IMG/VR virus record: IMGVR_UViG_3300045988_054045
Direction: 5' to 3' (one strand)
Length of the DNA stretch: 64,000 bases
Source: a virus
This document shows, one piece after another, positions 10,754 to 19,630 of the stretch. Made by a program: the position numbers and the translations under genes. The notes below the pieces were generated by a model that had not been told where the DNA came from, ran no database searches, and saw only the letters and a list, made by a program, of their open reading frames with translations. Within the stretch, counting starts at the first letter, position 1. Each line of letters begins with the position of its first letter.

Positions 10754-11447
10754 ATAGCCTTTTAAATTTATCCTTTACTGAATTATAATCTAACCATGTT
10801 GTTAGAGGTTGTAGAGATGGTGATATTACAGATTGATAATATCCTAAGTAATACTGCTTCTTAATAGGATAAATAACTATTAGCATTCCTACAGGTCCTT
10901 CTACACCAGTTAGTGGGTAAAAGGCAGCTGACTTAGCATTACTACGTTGCAACAATTCTACTAAGTTTGGCAACCTTGAGCTGTACTCTGGGATACTATC
11001 CATTCTTAATGACTTGTTTGCATTTATTCTCTCAATCTCATCTCCATAGTTTATATATTCTAATTCCTTCCATATTCTTAAACAGCTCTTAGTATCCAGA
11101 CCTCTCTTCTTCTCAGTTAGTGCTGTAAGGTATCTATAAGATAATCCATGAGTACTAACCAAGGTATTATGATAATTCAATAAAATAACATTAGAAGCAT
11201 CCTTGTCCTGTGCTAATATTTTTTCAATGTATTCATTAATAGAAGGAGCAATTATCTTTGTATATTCCTCAGCTAGGTACTTTTCCTGCTGGACTTGTTC
11301 AGTATAATCTTGTAAAACGAGTTTCGTATGCCCTCTAAAACTAGTTTCCACAACTATCACTGATAAAATTATAATTATGATAGTCTTAACATTTGGACCT
11401 AAGTTATTAATCCAGGCATAAATTGCTTCTAGTCTACTTAACGACAT
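10710..11447 (-). CDS. membrane-anchored hypothetical protein (245 aa)
   Basis: N-terminal hydrophobic segment TIIIIILSVIVV. First gene of the minus-strand operon. Confidence 0.5.
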   Translation of the reverse strand: MSLSRLEAIYAWINNLGPNVKTIIIIILSVIVVETSFRGHTKLVLQDYTEQVQQEKYLAEEYTKIIAPSINEYIEKILAQDKDASNVILLNYHNTLVSTHGLSYRYLTALTEKKRGLDTKSCLRIWKELEYINYGDEIERINANKSLRMDSIPEYSSRLPNLVELLQRSNAKSAAFYPLTGVEGPVGMLIVIYPIKKQYYLGYYQSVISPSLQPLTTWLDYNSVKDKFKRLYESGQAEPERLLQR

Positions 11448-11542
11448 TAATCTATTTCCTTTAATTGTTGAATGTTAGTCCGTCTAAAATTAAACTCTAA
11501 TTCATTTTCATCAATCCATTATTTATAATTTACTATCTTTCA

Positions 11543-11574
11543 TTTGATAATGTGCAAATTTAGCCTTAATTTTG
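11543..11574 (+). promoter_or_regulatory. Bacteroidota-type promoter (-33 TTTG, -7 TAATTTTG)
   Basis: TTTG at 11543-11546 and TAATTTTG at 11567-11574 with a 20-nt spacer, 35 nt upstream of the 11609 start. Confidence 0.45.
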
Positions 11575-11608
11575 TAAATAAAAAAATGAAACATAAACTT
11601 ATTTAATT

Positions 11609-11908
11609 ATGGAACTAAATCAGAGAGAATTGAAGGCAATGTATGTCTCTTTAAAAGAGATGTGTAGTAATGTAGATTGTGATAGTATTCCTATGTTTAG
11701 GCAGGGAAGTAGGCTAGTACCAAGATGTAAAAATGGAAGTGGTATCCATATTAAGAAGGAGAATAGAGGTAAGTTTACAGCATCCGCTAAGAAAGCAGGT
11801 CAAAGTGTACAAGAGCACGCTCGTTCTGTACTTAATAATCCTAATGCTACACCATTACAAAAGAAGAGAGCTAATTTCGCTAGAAATGCAGCTAAGTGGC
11901 ATCACTAA
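11609..11908 (+). CDS. hypothetical basic protein (99 aa)
   Basis: First ORF after the divergent intergenic region. Confidence 0.55.
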   Translation: MELNQRELKAMYVSLKEMCSNVDCDSIPMFRQGSRLVPRCKNGSGIHIKKENRGKFTASAKKAGQSVQEHARSVLNNPNATPLQKKRANFARNAAKWHH

Positions 11909-11917
11909 TAATCAATT

Positions 11918-12178
11918 ATGACTGAGAATGCTGAAACAGCTAAAGTTAACAAGAGTTTATTAAGGGAGAGGAAAAAAGAATGTTGTATATGTGGGGAGAC
12001 TACTTACTGCTGTTTAGAGTTACATCATATAAGAAACAAACTCTATACAATATCAAGAGCAGTTAAGAACCTTCCCACACCTCTTTTTATTAAGGAGATG
12101 AATAAGTGTATAGTAGTTTGCTCTAATTGTCATAAGAAACTACATAATAATATAATTAGATATGAGGATAATAAGTAA
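11918..12178 (+). CDS. HNH endonuclease
   Basis: CCICGE...LELHHI...CIVVCSNCHKKLH. Paralogous to the C-terminus of ORF 32345. Confidence 0.75.
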   Translation: MTENAETAKVNKSLLRERKKECCICGETTYCCLELHHIRNKLYTISRAVKNLPTPLFIKEMNKCIVVCSNCHKKLHNNIIRYEDNK

Positions 12179-12182
12179 CGTA

Positions 12183-15182
12183 ATGAAACTCCAATCTGGA
12201 GGAGAACCAAAGAGGGTAAGATATATATCTGCTCCCAGCCGTAATATCAATAGAGGAATTGGAGACCCAGATAGAGTTACTAGTGTGGGCAATGAAATAG
12301 CTAAGGCTAGAGAATGGGAAGCTAATTGGTATAAAGGAAGAAAAGCTACTGGTAAGTTTGAAGACCAATTAGATGATACTACATATAACTTTATGATTGA
12401 TAGAATAACTAACTCCCCCATAACAGTTAGGGATGGAGCTAGCTATAGAGCTGACGGTGCTAATGGTGTAACTACTATTAAAGATGGAGAAGCCATTATT
12501 ACAGCTAATGCGGACCCAACTTATGAAAGGAAGGCTGAATCGTTTGGAAATACATTAGGGTCTATATTGACACATGAATTAGACCACGCTGCCACCATTA
12601 AAGATATGAATGTGTGGGGTCAAACTCAAGAAGAGTTCAATAAAAATTCCATAAAGTCAGCTACACCTAGTCTTATAAAGGTTAATGATATTATTGGAGG
12701 TGGCATATTTAAAGGAGGTAATAATGACTACATAAATAATGCTGCTGAAGTTAAAGCCAGGCTTAATAGTATGAGAAGGGATGCTAAGATGGACCCAGCT
12801 AGAACTGACTATAAGTACAAGGATTATAAATACTGGCTTGACAAATATGGATTAGATTATGGTAAAGAGAAATCTGAACTATTAATGAATACAGTTGCTC
12901 AGGCTCAACCAACCAACAACGGCACACTGTTTGCACAGGAAGGTACTGTACTAAGACAGGATAATACTAGAGTAGCTAAACCAGTTATCCCAGAACTTAT
13001 TAAAGCTAAACCAAGACAGTATTACATTACCGATTTAGGTGGAAAACCATCTACTGATAACAGAACTGCCGCCGAGAGAAATAGGGATTATTGGCATCCT
13101 TTTAAAGGTGCTAAAGAACGATTTAAAGCCTCAATGAGGAATGGAACTAATCCATTAGTAGGCTTAGAAAGGACTGTAATGCCTGCTATGGCTGGTGCAG
13201 CATTAGTAACCACTCCAGCAACTGTAGTTGGAGGAATATTAGGAAGTGAAGCAGTTAATAATGCTACTGGAGGATTTGGGCAATGGTTAGAAGGTAAGGT
13301 AGGTATTCCAGCAGAAATTGGTGAGTATCTAAATCCAGGAGCAGTATATGGTGGAGGCAAAGGCTTAAATATTACTAAGAACAAACTAGCTACTAAGTTT
13401 ATTAAGGGAGATGCTGACTTAGGTTGGAGTGCTCTTAACAAAGACCATTGGATATTTAATAAGGAAGCTCGCACACCTACTAATATGGCTATGGCATCTA
13501 TAAATAGAGTAATGCCATTCTTATCTAACGTAGAGAAAACTCCTGCTAGAGTTGCAGCTTATAAAGTGGGAAGGAGAACTAAAGGCAATGCTTCTGTATC
13601 TTTAAAGGATATTAAGAACAATGATTCTACCTATACTGGTTCAGCAACACCAGAGGGTAATAATGGTGATAGGGACTTATTAGGACTATATTTATTCCAG
13701 AATGACCCATTAATAAGTAGAAGTCCTTGGTTTCAGAGAATAGCTAAATCATTTAAGCCAGCTAAAGGTCAGGGGTTTAATTATGATAAAAGATATAGTG
13801 AGTTATATCCTGGTATTGAAGGTAGAAGATACCAAATGCAATCTGTAGTTAAAAGTGGTCATCCATTAAGATTCAATAATGTAGATGAATTTAATAACTA
13901 TTCTAATGGCATTGGTAAATTACAAGGTAAGGAAGGAGATATGGTTATAGAAATGCCAGATGGATTTCAAACCTTTAGACAGCCTGGTACTAACTATGTT
14001 GGTCCAATTGACGATGTAGGAGGTCATGTTATTAAAATAGACTATAACAAGAAAGGTAAACTAACCCAAATATCTCAGGATATGTGGAAGTTTAATCCCA
14101 GAGACTATGCTAAAAGATGGTCAGGAGATAATGTTGCTGAAGGAGTTAGAGCTACTAAGCAAGCTGCATTAATGGATAAAGTAGGAACTCCTTTTATATT
14201 ACAGCAAGAGAATCCTATTTATATAGGTAGTAGGAGAGTTTGGGATAGCATAAAGAGTATTCCTAGAAATCCATATATAAGAAGACAACCCTTAATGCAA
14301 GGTGCATTATTAACCATGAGGAAGGGTGGTAGCCTAGTATCAGATGGAAGGAGATTTAAATTCAAGGATTCTCCCCTAGTAAGAAACTCAAGAACTCTTA
14401 ATAATAAGAGAGATATGAGGAAGAAGTTTATGAAGTCTGACAGACCTACATATTCTACTAATAGAGTTAGAAAGGGTCAGGATGGATTACAGTTTGTATC
14501 ATATACCCCAGTGGAGACTCCTGACATACCTAAGTTCGAGTCTTCGGATGTATTTAGCACATATAATATTCCTATTGTTAGAGATGAGTCAGTAGTTTCA
14601 CAACCTAAGGTTGATGAGCCTAGAATAGATGAACCTATTATAGAATCAGCTGTAAACACACCTATGAAGAGAGAACTATTCAATATCAAGCCGTCTAAAG
14701 GTTTAGATGAGTTTAATAAGTGGTACGATGAAGTAGAAAAGGAAGACCCAGAAGCTAAGCATTATAGACAGTTCCTTACTAAAATGGCAGAGCAGGAATC
14801 TGGATTTAATAGTGCAATCCAAAATAGAGCTGGTGCTCCCGCTTACGGATACTTCCAATTCATGCAAGATGGTAAGAAATATAATAATATTACTGCTTAT
14901 GCAGGTACAGATATAGAGACATTTAGAAATAATCCTAAATTACAAATTAAGGCTGCAATTAAATTAGCTAAGTCGTTTGAGAGAGGATTTAATAAGAAAG
15001 ATTTAGAGCTAGCTGCACAAAAAGGATATACTAAATTTGGATTGTTAGGTGGAGCATGGTTAGCAGGTAATGGTGGTGTTAGGAAATACTTACAAGGATT
15101 AGCTAACCCATCTGATAGACATTGGAGTAAATCTGGAAGTGGAACTGATGTAGCTAGTAGGATACAGATGTTTAATTTCTAA
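12183..15182 (+). CDS. large multidomain protein: Zn-metallopeptidase motif plus C-terminal lytic transglycosylase
   Basis: HExxH (THELDH) near aa 135. C-terminal SLT motif AEQESGFN...GYFQFM. Start moved to the first ATG after the HNH stop. Confidence 0.75.
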   Translation: MKLQSGGEPKRVRYISAPSRNINRGIGDPDRVTSVGNEIAKAREWEANWYKGRKATGKFEDQLDDTTYNFMIDRITNSPITVRDGASYRADGANGVTTIKDGEAIITANADPTYERKAESFGNTLGSILTHELDHAATIKDMNVWGQTQEEFNKNSIKSATPSLIKVNDIIGGGIFKGGNNDYINNAAEVKARLNSMRRDAKMDPARTDYKYKDYKYWLDKYGLDYGKEKSELLMNTVAQAQPTNNGTLFAQEGTVLRQDNTRVAKPVIPELIKAKPRQYYITDLGGKPSTDNRTAAERNRDYWHPFKGAKERFKASMRNGTNPLVGLERTVMPAMAGAALVTTPATVVGGILGSEAVNNATGGFGQWLEGKVGIPAEIGEYLNPGAVYGGGKGLNITKNKLATKFIKGDADLGWSALNKDHWIFNKEARTPTNMAMASINRVMPFLSNVEKTPARVAAYKVGRRTKGNASVSLKDIKNNDSTYTGSATPEGNNGDRDLLGLYLFQNDPLISRSPWFQRIAKSFKPAKGQGFNYDKRYSELYPGIEGRRYQMQSVVKSGHPLRFNNVDEFNNYSNGIGKLQGKEGDMVIEMPDGFQTFRQPGTNYVGPIDDVGGHVIKIDYNKKGKLTQISQDMWKFNPRDYAKRWSGDNVAEGVRATKQAALMDKVGTPFILQQENPIYIGSRRVWDSIKSIPRNPYIRRQPLMQGALLTMRKGGSLVSDGRRFKFKDSPLVRNSRTLNNKRDMRKKFMKSDRPTYSTNRVRKGQDGLQFVSYTPVETPDIPKFESSDVFSTYNIPIVRDESVVSQPKVDEPRIDEPIIESAVNTPMKRELFNIKPSKGLDEFNKWYDEVEKEDPEAKHYRQFLTKMAEQESGFNSAIQNRAGAPAYGYFQFMQDGKKYNNITAYAGTDIETFRNNPKLQIKAAIKLAKSFERGFNKKDLELAAQKGYTKFGLLGGAWLAGNGGVRKYLQGLANPSDRHWSKSGSGTDVASRIQMFNF

Positions 15183-15186
15183 TACT

Positions 15187-15435
15187 ATGAGGTTTATAAC
15201 TTTTATAAAGGGAATGTTCAGTTCACACTCTGGAATTAGTAGTAAAAGAGTGTGTGGTGTATTGGGATGGTTCGTAGCTATTGCTGTATTACTATACTGT
15301 ACTGTACACGTTGTTCAAGCCCCATTAATGATAGATACATTCCTAGTCTGTTGTATGGCACTACTTGGTATTGATTCTATAACAGGAATTTGGAAGAAGT
15401 TTGATAATAAATCTAAGGATAAGAATGAATTATAA
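15187..15435 (+). CDS. small membrane protein, holin candidate
   Basis: 82 aa with two hydrophobic helices, directly after the transglycosylase gene. Confidence 0.45.
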   Translation: MRFITFIKGMFSSHSGISSKRVCGVLGWFVAIAVLLYCTVHVVQAPLMIDTFLVCCMALLGIDSITGIWKKFDNKSKDKNEL

Positions 15436-15616
15436 TCAAGCTACTTTACATGCTGCTACTGGTAAAATACTAATGCTTCCAGGATGGCATGGATATTTCT
15501 ATTGGAATTATGGTACTAAAGAGCTAAACTTTAGAGATGGTGATTATCACTTAGATAGTAAGCAACTAGAAGATAAGAATGTAAGAGATAGGAATGATTG
15601 GTATTATATTACATAA
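15425..15616 (+). CDS. hypothetical protein (63 aa)
   Basis: Start at an ATG that overlaps the preceding stop. Confidence 0.4.
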   Translation: MNYNQATLHAATGKILMLPGWHGYFYWNYGTKELNFRDGDYHLDSKQLEDKNVRDRNDWYYIT

Positions 15617-15657
15617 AGAAAAGGCGAGCCTAGCATTTAGCTAAGTTCGCCTTTTGT
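15617..15657. terminator. bidirectional intrinsic terminator
   Basis: AAGGCGA (15621-27) pairs with TCGCCTT (15647-53), flanked by an A-run and a T-run between convergent operons. Confidence 0.6.
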
Positions 15658-15999
15658 CATTTCTATCCACCTATATAAAGAATCAAGTACATAATTAAAC
15701 CCATCTTTCGTGAATGTATTAAATAGTATTAATGAAGTTTCATATCGGTTTGAAATCCTTCTCTCTCCTTCATAGGTAGACATATGTACAGTTATTGTTT
15801 CATCTATTATTGATATAGATAATCTACAATCCTTATATTTTCCTACATAAAAATAGTTATCGTCTAACGGAAAACCAAACTCTTCGAATTTCGGTTTGAT
15901 ATGTTCATCTATATAGGTATATGTATTATACCAGCAAGACCTACCTTCCGAAGGGCGAGGTCTAGAAAGGAGTAAGCATATAGCGGCAGATGATACCAT
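15637..15999 (-). CDS. hypothetical protein (120 aa)
   Basis: ORF track; last gene of the minus-strand block. Confidence 0.5.
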   Translation of the reverse strand: MVSSAAICLLLSRPRPSEGRSCWYNTYTYIDEHIKPKFEEFGFPLDDNYFYVGKYKDCRLSISIIDETITVHMSTYEGERRISNRYETSLILFNTFTKDGFNYVLDSLYRWIEMTKGELS

Positions 16000-16157
16000 T
16001 ACTCTATAGATTTAATTGTTACAGAAGGGTATCTAAGATAATCCCAACCTGGATGTATATAGGCATTTTCTTTTACAGCTCTATATATTAACTGGTAAAA
16101 TTCTAAGGCTTCCTCGATAGAAGTATGTCCCTCTAATATACTAAGTAATTCGTTCAT
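15999..16157 (-). CDS. hypothetical protein (52 aa)
   Basis: Not in the track (under 60 aa). ATGA overlap upstream and TAATG overlap downstream. Confidence 0.45.
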   Translation of the reverse strand: MNELLSILEGHTSIEEALEFYQLIYRAVKENAYIHPGWDYLRYPSVTIKSIE

Positions 16158-16372
16158 GTGTAATATAATATTTGACCCCAGTAAATCCCACTAATAGAAA
16201 TACAACATAGAGCCTGCTTCATAAAATCCTCATTATCTTTAGCTGACAATGGTGCAATTATATAATCTACGTGATTACCTCTCAGCTTGCTTGCAATCTT
16301 ATCATCTAAATCGGATTCCTCAATTAGTAACAGAGTTTCTTGTTTACGACCTTTAAATGTTTTCATATCCAC
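16154..16372 (-). CDS. hypothetical protein (72 aa)
   Basis: ORF track; overlapping packing. Confidence 0.5.
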   Translation of the reverse strand: MDMKTFKGRKQETLLLIEESDLDDKIASKLRGNHVDYIIAPLSAKDNEDFMKQALCCISISGIYWGQILYYT

Positions 16373-16647
16373 TCTACTTCCTTAAAGTTTATTTTAAAAC
16401 TCTTAGATGTATATCCAAGTGTACTATTATCCACATGAGAAGGAATGTCTACATCCTTAGTCTTTATATAAAGTTGGCAATGACAAGTACCTTCTTCCAT
16501 TTCCCTAAACTCTTTACACATACATACTGTATCATCTGTCCTTACTAAGGAACAAGGACAGTATCTTTTACCATACTTCTCCTTATTCCTCTGTAAGCCA
16601 GCTAATACAGTTTCCTTTATTTCTTTGTCATCAGTTATCCTCACCAT
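16363..16647 (-). CDS. ferredoxin-thioredoxin reductase catalytic-subunit-like protein
   Basis: GLQRNKEKYGKRYCPC-x9-CMC-x10-CHC mirrors the FTR-B CPC...CPC...CHC cluster. Confidence 0.55.
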   Translation of the reverse strand: MVRITDDKEIKETVLAGLQRNKEKYGKRYCPCSLVRTDDTVCMCKEFREMEEGTCHCQLYIKTKDVDIPSHVDNSTLGYTSKSFKINFKEVEWI

Positions 16648-16891
16648 ATACTTTAATTTCTAATGCCCGCCTTCTTTCTGTCTTTATTAATTCAGCCATC
16701 TGTTCATGGGCTTTTGATACATTCATATGTAATAGTTCCTCTGCAATTTTTGGGTCAGTTGGAACTGTATAAGCAATCTGTACCATATATTCCCCTTCTT
16801 TAAGGACTATAAAGCACATTCTGTCTCTGTAGTATATCATCCTCCAAAAGTATTTGACCATCTTTTGTTGGGAGCAATATCTTGGATACAA
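16631..16891 (-). CDS. hypothetical protein (86 aa)
   Basis: ORF track. Confidence 0.5.
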   Translation of the reverse strand: MYPRYCSQQKMVKYFWRMIYYRDRMCFIVLKEGEYMVQIAYTVPTDPKIAEELLHMNVSKAHEQMAELIKTERRRALEIKVYGEDN

Positions 16892-17118
16892 CCTGGAATA
16901 CGTTTGGTTTCATATTCTGTAATAGTCTTTGCGTCTAGGATATTACCAGCCTGCAATATCTTTTCTTTTAGCTCTTTGATGTATTTATCTCTAATAGTAA
17001 CCATTCCACATAAAGAAGATATTGCTTCTTGTATTACATTTGCATCTCCATTAGATAGGTGTGATAATACTTCATCAACAGCCTCTACATCATATAATTC
17101 AATTTCGTTAATAGTCAT
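16837..17118 (-). CDS. hypothetical protein (93 aa)
   Basis: ORF track. Confidence 0.5.
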   Translation of the reverse strand: MTINEIELYDVEAVDEVLSHLSNGDANVIQEAISSLCGMVTIRDKYIKELKEKILQAGNILDAKTITEYETKRIPGCIQDIAPNKRWSNTFGG

Positions 17119-17261
17119 TAGCCCTTCAATTTATTTTCTAGCTCAAGAATTTTAGCTTTCAACTTATCATTCTCTTTAGCTAGTTCTATATTATCATTCT
17201 TAACTTGCTCAGCCTTCTTCATAAACTCTTCTAAGCCTTGCTCGAAGAGAGTTAAGCTCAT
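17118..17261 (-). CDS. coiled-coil small protein (47 aa)
   Basis: Fills the gap with a 1-nt overlap to the downstream start. Not in the track. Confidence 0.4.
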   Translation of the reverse strand: MSLTLFEQGLEEFMKKAEQVKNDNIELAKENDKLKAKILELENKLKG

Positions 17262-17262
17262 T

Positions 17263-17649
17263 TTAATTTGCCTGATTTCTGGAATCATTTACTTTATCCT
17301 CTAGTTCATTAATAATTCTATGTAAACAAGGGAGTTTAGTTGTGATAATGCTATTCATATAATCTTTAATATCATCTAGAGTCATTGCATCAAATTCATC
17401 CTTAGTAAGGTTTCGTGATTCAATAGTCTCTATAAATACATCAATAGCATCTTTAATAGATTGCTTATCCCTTAGTAGCTGTTCATGGGTAAGGTGAACA
17501 TTAGTAATCTTAGAGAACAATGCTGGATATTTAGTAAATATCTCCTCTAGTTCTTCATCACTAATGAGCTGTAATAGCTCTACTGCCTTATTATAGAGTA
17601 CTTGCGCCTCTATAACATCATACTTATCAAGTATAGATTTTAATTGCAT
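17263..17649 (-). CDS. hypothetical protein (128 aa)
   Basis: ORF track. Confidence 0.55.
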   Translation of the reverse strand: MQLKSILDKYDVIEAQVLYNKAVELLQLISDEELEEIFTKYPALFSKITNVHLTHEQLLRDKQSIKDAIDVFIETIESRNLTKDEFDAMTLDDIKDYMNSIITTKLPCLHRIINELEDKVNDSRNQAN

Positions 17650-17852
17650 AGGTTCTTATAGATATTAGATAATACTAAACAATGCTCAATATTAGCACCA
17701 TTTTCCATTCCACGTATAATCTTATCCAATACTGTTAATTTAGCTACTGTAACTTTACCCCAAAGAACTGATTCCTCTTTAGGTTCTGCACTACCACACT
17801 GGCATTTTGCATCAGCTGATTCTGTTAGATTTTCTTTAACTTCTTTAGCCAT
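17640..17852 (-). CDS. hypothetical protein (70 aa)
   Basis: First gene of the minus-strand block. Confidence 0.5.
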   Translation of the reverse strand: MAKEVKENLTESADAKCQCGSAEPKEESVLWGKVTVAKLTVLDKIIRGMENGANIEHCLVLSNIYKNLCN

Positions 17853-18040
17853 AATTTAAAAATTTGTTATTAATATACTTATTCTTCCTTATTGTTTAAT
17901 AATACAAAGATAATATATTCCAAATAGACTACCTAATGATATATACTTAAATATATTTAATATAGGTGAACTCAAGTACTAGGTACTCCAAAAATACACC
18001 CCTCCCCCATTGAGGTGACCAGTCAATTGGAAATTTAGTT

Positions 18041-18329
18041 TTATTGGCTGATAAATGTCAAATTCGCGATTCGCGAATTGCAAATTTTAGTGTAAACTGT
18101 GTGATAGTCGAAATCGGGAAATGGGAATAGGTAGAAAAGACGAGAGGGAGGGTAGTGTTCTACGAAACACCCCCTGGGGGTTTCGTTAGAAAAATCAAGC
18201 CTAAATTTATAACACTTACATAAAGTTAGCGACAAAGGCGTAGCTCCCTGTGCAGAGGGAAACGGTTTGTCGTTAGGTGGAATTGACACAACCACTGAAC
18301 AAACCATTAGCGGATGAAAAAGGCATCCA
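18041..18329 (+). other. structured ORF-free leader upstream of ORF 18330
   Basis: Nested hairpins: CGAAACACCCCC/GGGGGTTTCG; TTAGCGACAAA...TTTGTCGTTAG enclosing TCCCT..AGGGA. Visibly more GC-rich than the flanks. Confidence 0.3.
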
Positions 18330-18839
18330 ATGTGTCAAAACATTAAAGCCATGTTAGAAGGTTTTACAAGAATTAACAAAGACAATGAAGCAATGTTCAA
18401 TCAGTTGGCAAATCAAAAAGCCAGTGTTCCGAATGATGACCTTTCACCATACCAAGAGGGTAGAAAGTTCAAACTTTCGGCGGAAGGATATTGCTTTGCA
18501 AGGTCTGAAAGTTCAAATCGTGTTAGTGTTGTTGCTTTGCTTATTGATGAGCAAGGCAATGAGCAAGAACTTTGGCTTTCTACCTTGTTGAAAAAGGCAT
18601 TTGAACGCAAAGGCGGTGAAACGGTGGAAGTTGTTAATAACTCCACTATTTCAAAAGAATTAAGGGATAAACTAACCGCACAAACAACTAACAAAGAGTT
18701 GGGCGAAATGTTCGTTTCCTTAACTAAGGGCAAAGAATTAGTTTGCCATAGACAAGTTTATGCACGTTCAATTCCAACTAAAACGGGCAGACCTTTTGAA
18801 GTTCCAGCCGCTTTAATTGGGTTTGAATTTGCAGAGTAA
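18330..18839 (+). CDS. hypothetical protein (169 aa), paralog of ORF 20102
   Basis: Shares EG(R/D)xFx...Q(E/K)EL(W/Y)LS(T/S)xxKKA...GK(E/K)L with ORF 20102. Confidence 0.55.
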   Translation: MCQNIKAMLEGFTRINKDNEAMFNQLANQKASVPNDDLSPYQEGRKFKLSAEGYCFARSESSNRVSVVALLIDEQGNEQELWLSTLLKKAFERKGGETVEVVNNSTISKELRDKLTAQTTNKELGEMFVSLTKGKELVCHRQVYARSIPTKTGRPFEVPAALIGFEFAE

Positions 18840-18912
18840 ACAAATAGACCTAAGCAAGTCTTTAAACTGCTTACATTAAATTAGAATAATCATTAAAAAA
18901 AGATATACAATT

Positions 18913-18987
18913 ATGACTACATACGTTTTATATTGCGGAGTTCTTATTACATTTGAAGAATACAAAGAAATCATAGCAAATAACTAA
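18913..18987 (+). CDS. micro-ORF 1 (24 aa, MTTYVLYCGVLITFEEYKEIIANN)
   Basis: Tandem twin of the next micro-ORF, with the same AAAAAGATAT leader. Confidence 0.3.
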   Translation: MTTYVLYCGVLITFEEYKEIIANN

Positions 18988-19014
18988 GTTACTAACAATC
19001 AAAAATAAAAAGAT

Positions 19015-19089
19015 ATGAATACCTATATATTATATTGTGGCGTGTTAATCACTTTGGAAGAATACAAAGAGATTATTTCAAACAACTAA
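19015..19089 (+). CDS. micro-ORF 2 (24 aa, MNTYILYCGVLITLEEYKEIISNN)
   Basis: 19/24 aa identical to micro-ORF 1, with mainly synonymous or conservative DNA differences. Confidence 0.3.
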   Translation: MNTYILYCGVLITLEEYKEIISNN

Positions 19090-19136
19090 TAATAACAAGG
19101 GCACTTGAAACATAGTGCCCACAAATTTACAAAGAT

Positions 19137-19406
19137 ATGAGATATACAATTTTCGTAGCATATTCCTTGAAAGGGAATGACTATACAGAAAGACCAAATC
19201 TTGAATGCTGCTATCATCTTTATAATTCCAAAGAGGAAGCAATTAAAGCCGTTGCAAACGAAATAGAGTGCAAATACAATAATAGGCACTATCACAGACT
19301 TAGAGTGAACTTACCAAAAGGCAATAGCAATCGCGGCTCATTTGAATGTGCTTATACTTTCGGACCTCTTTGCCATTATGATATTTACATTCAAGAAGTA
19401 GAATAA
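19137..19406 (+). CDS. hypothetical protein (89 aa)
   Basis: ORF track. Confidence 0.5.
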   Translation: MRYTIFVAYSLKGNDYTERPNLECCYHLYNSKEEAIKAVANEIECKYNNRHYHRLRVNLPKGNSNRGSFECAYTFGPLCHYDIYIQEVE

Positions 19407-19447
19407 TATAAAAAGTTGCGCACGACACGAATTAAGTGCATAAAACT

Positions 19448-19615
19448 ATGTTAGAAAAAATAATCAAAGGAGTTTACAAAGCAAAACTGCTTAAAACAAG
19501 GCTATGCGATGTAAAAATCATCGTTTGGGGTGATGGGCAACCTAAAACTATCGAGCAAATCAGTTATGCAGAATATGCCGTTATCAAACCATATTTAATT
19601 AAAGAGGGAGAATAA
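19448..19615 (+). CDS. hypothetical protein (55 aa)
   Basis: Not in the track; followed directly by a terminator hairpin. Confidence 0.45.
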   Translation: MLEKIIKGVYKAKLLKTRLCDVKIIVWGDGQPKTIEQISYAEYAVIKPYLIKEGE

Positions 19616-19630
19616 TCTCCCTCTATTATT
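19604..19630 (+). terminator. intrinsic terminator
   Basis: GAGGGAGA-ataa-TCTCCCTC followed by TATTATT. Confidence 0.5.

Noticed and set aside
17905-17924. CAAAGATA (reverse complement TATCTTTG, a TAnnTTTG -7 box) upstream of the minus-strand operon starting at 17852
   Set aside because: The nearest -33-type CAAA is only 8 nt away instead of about 20, so a complete host-type promoter cannot be supported.
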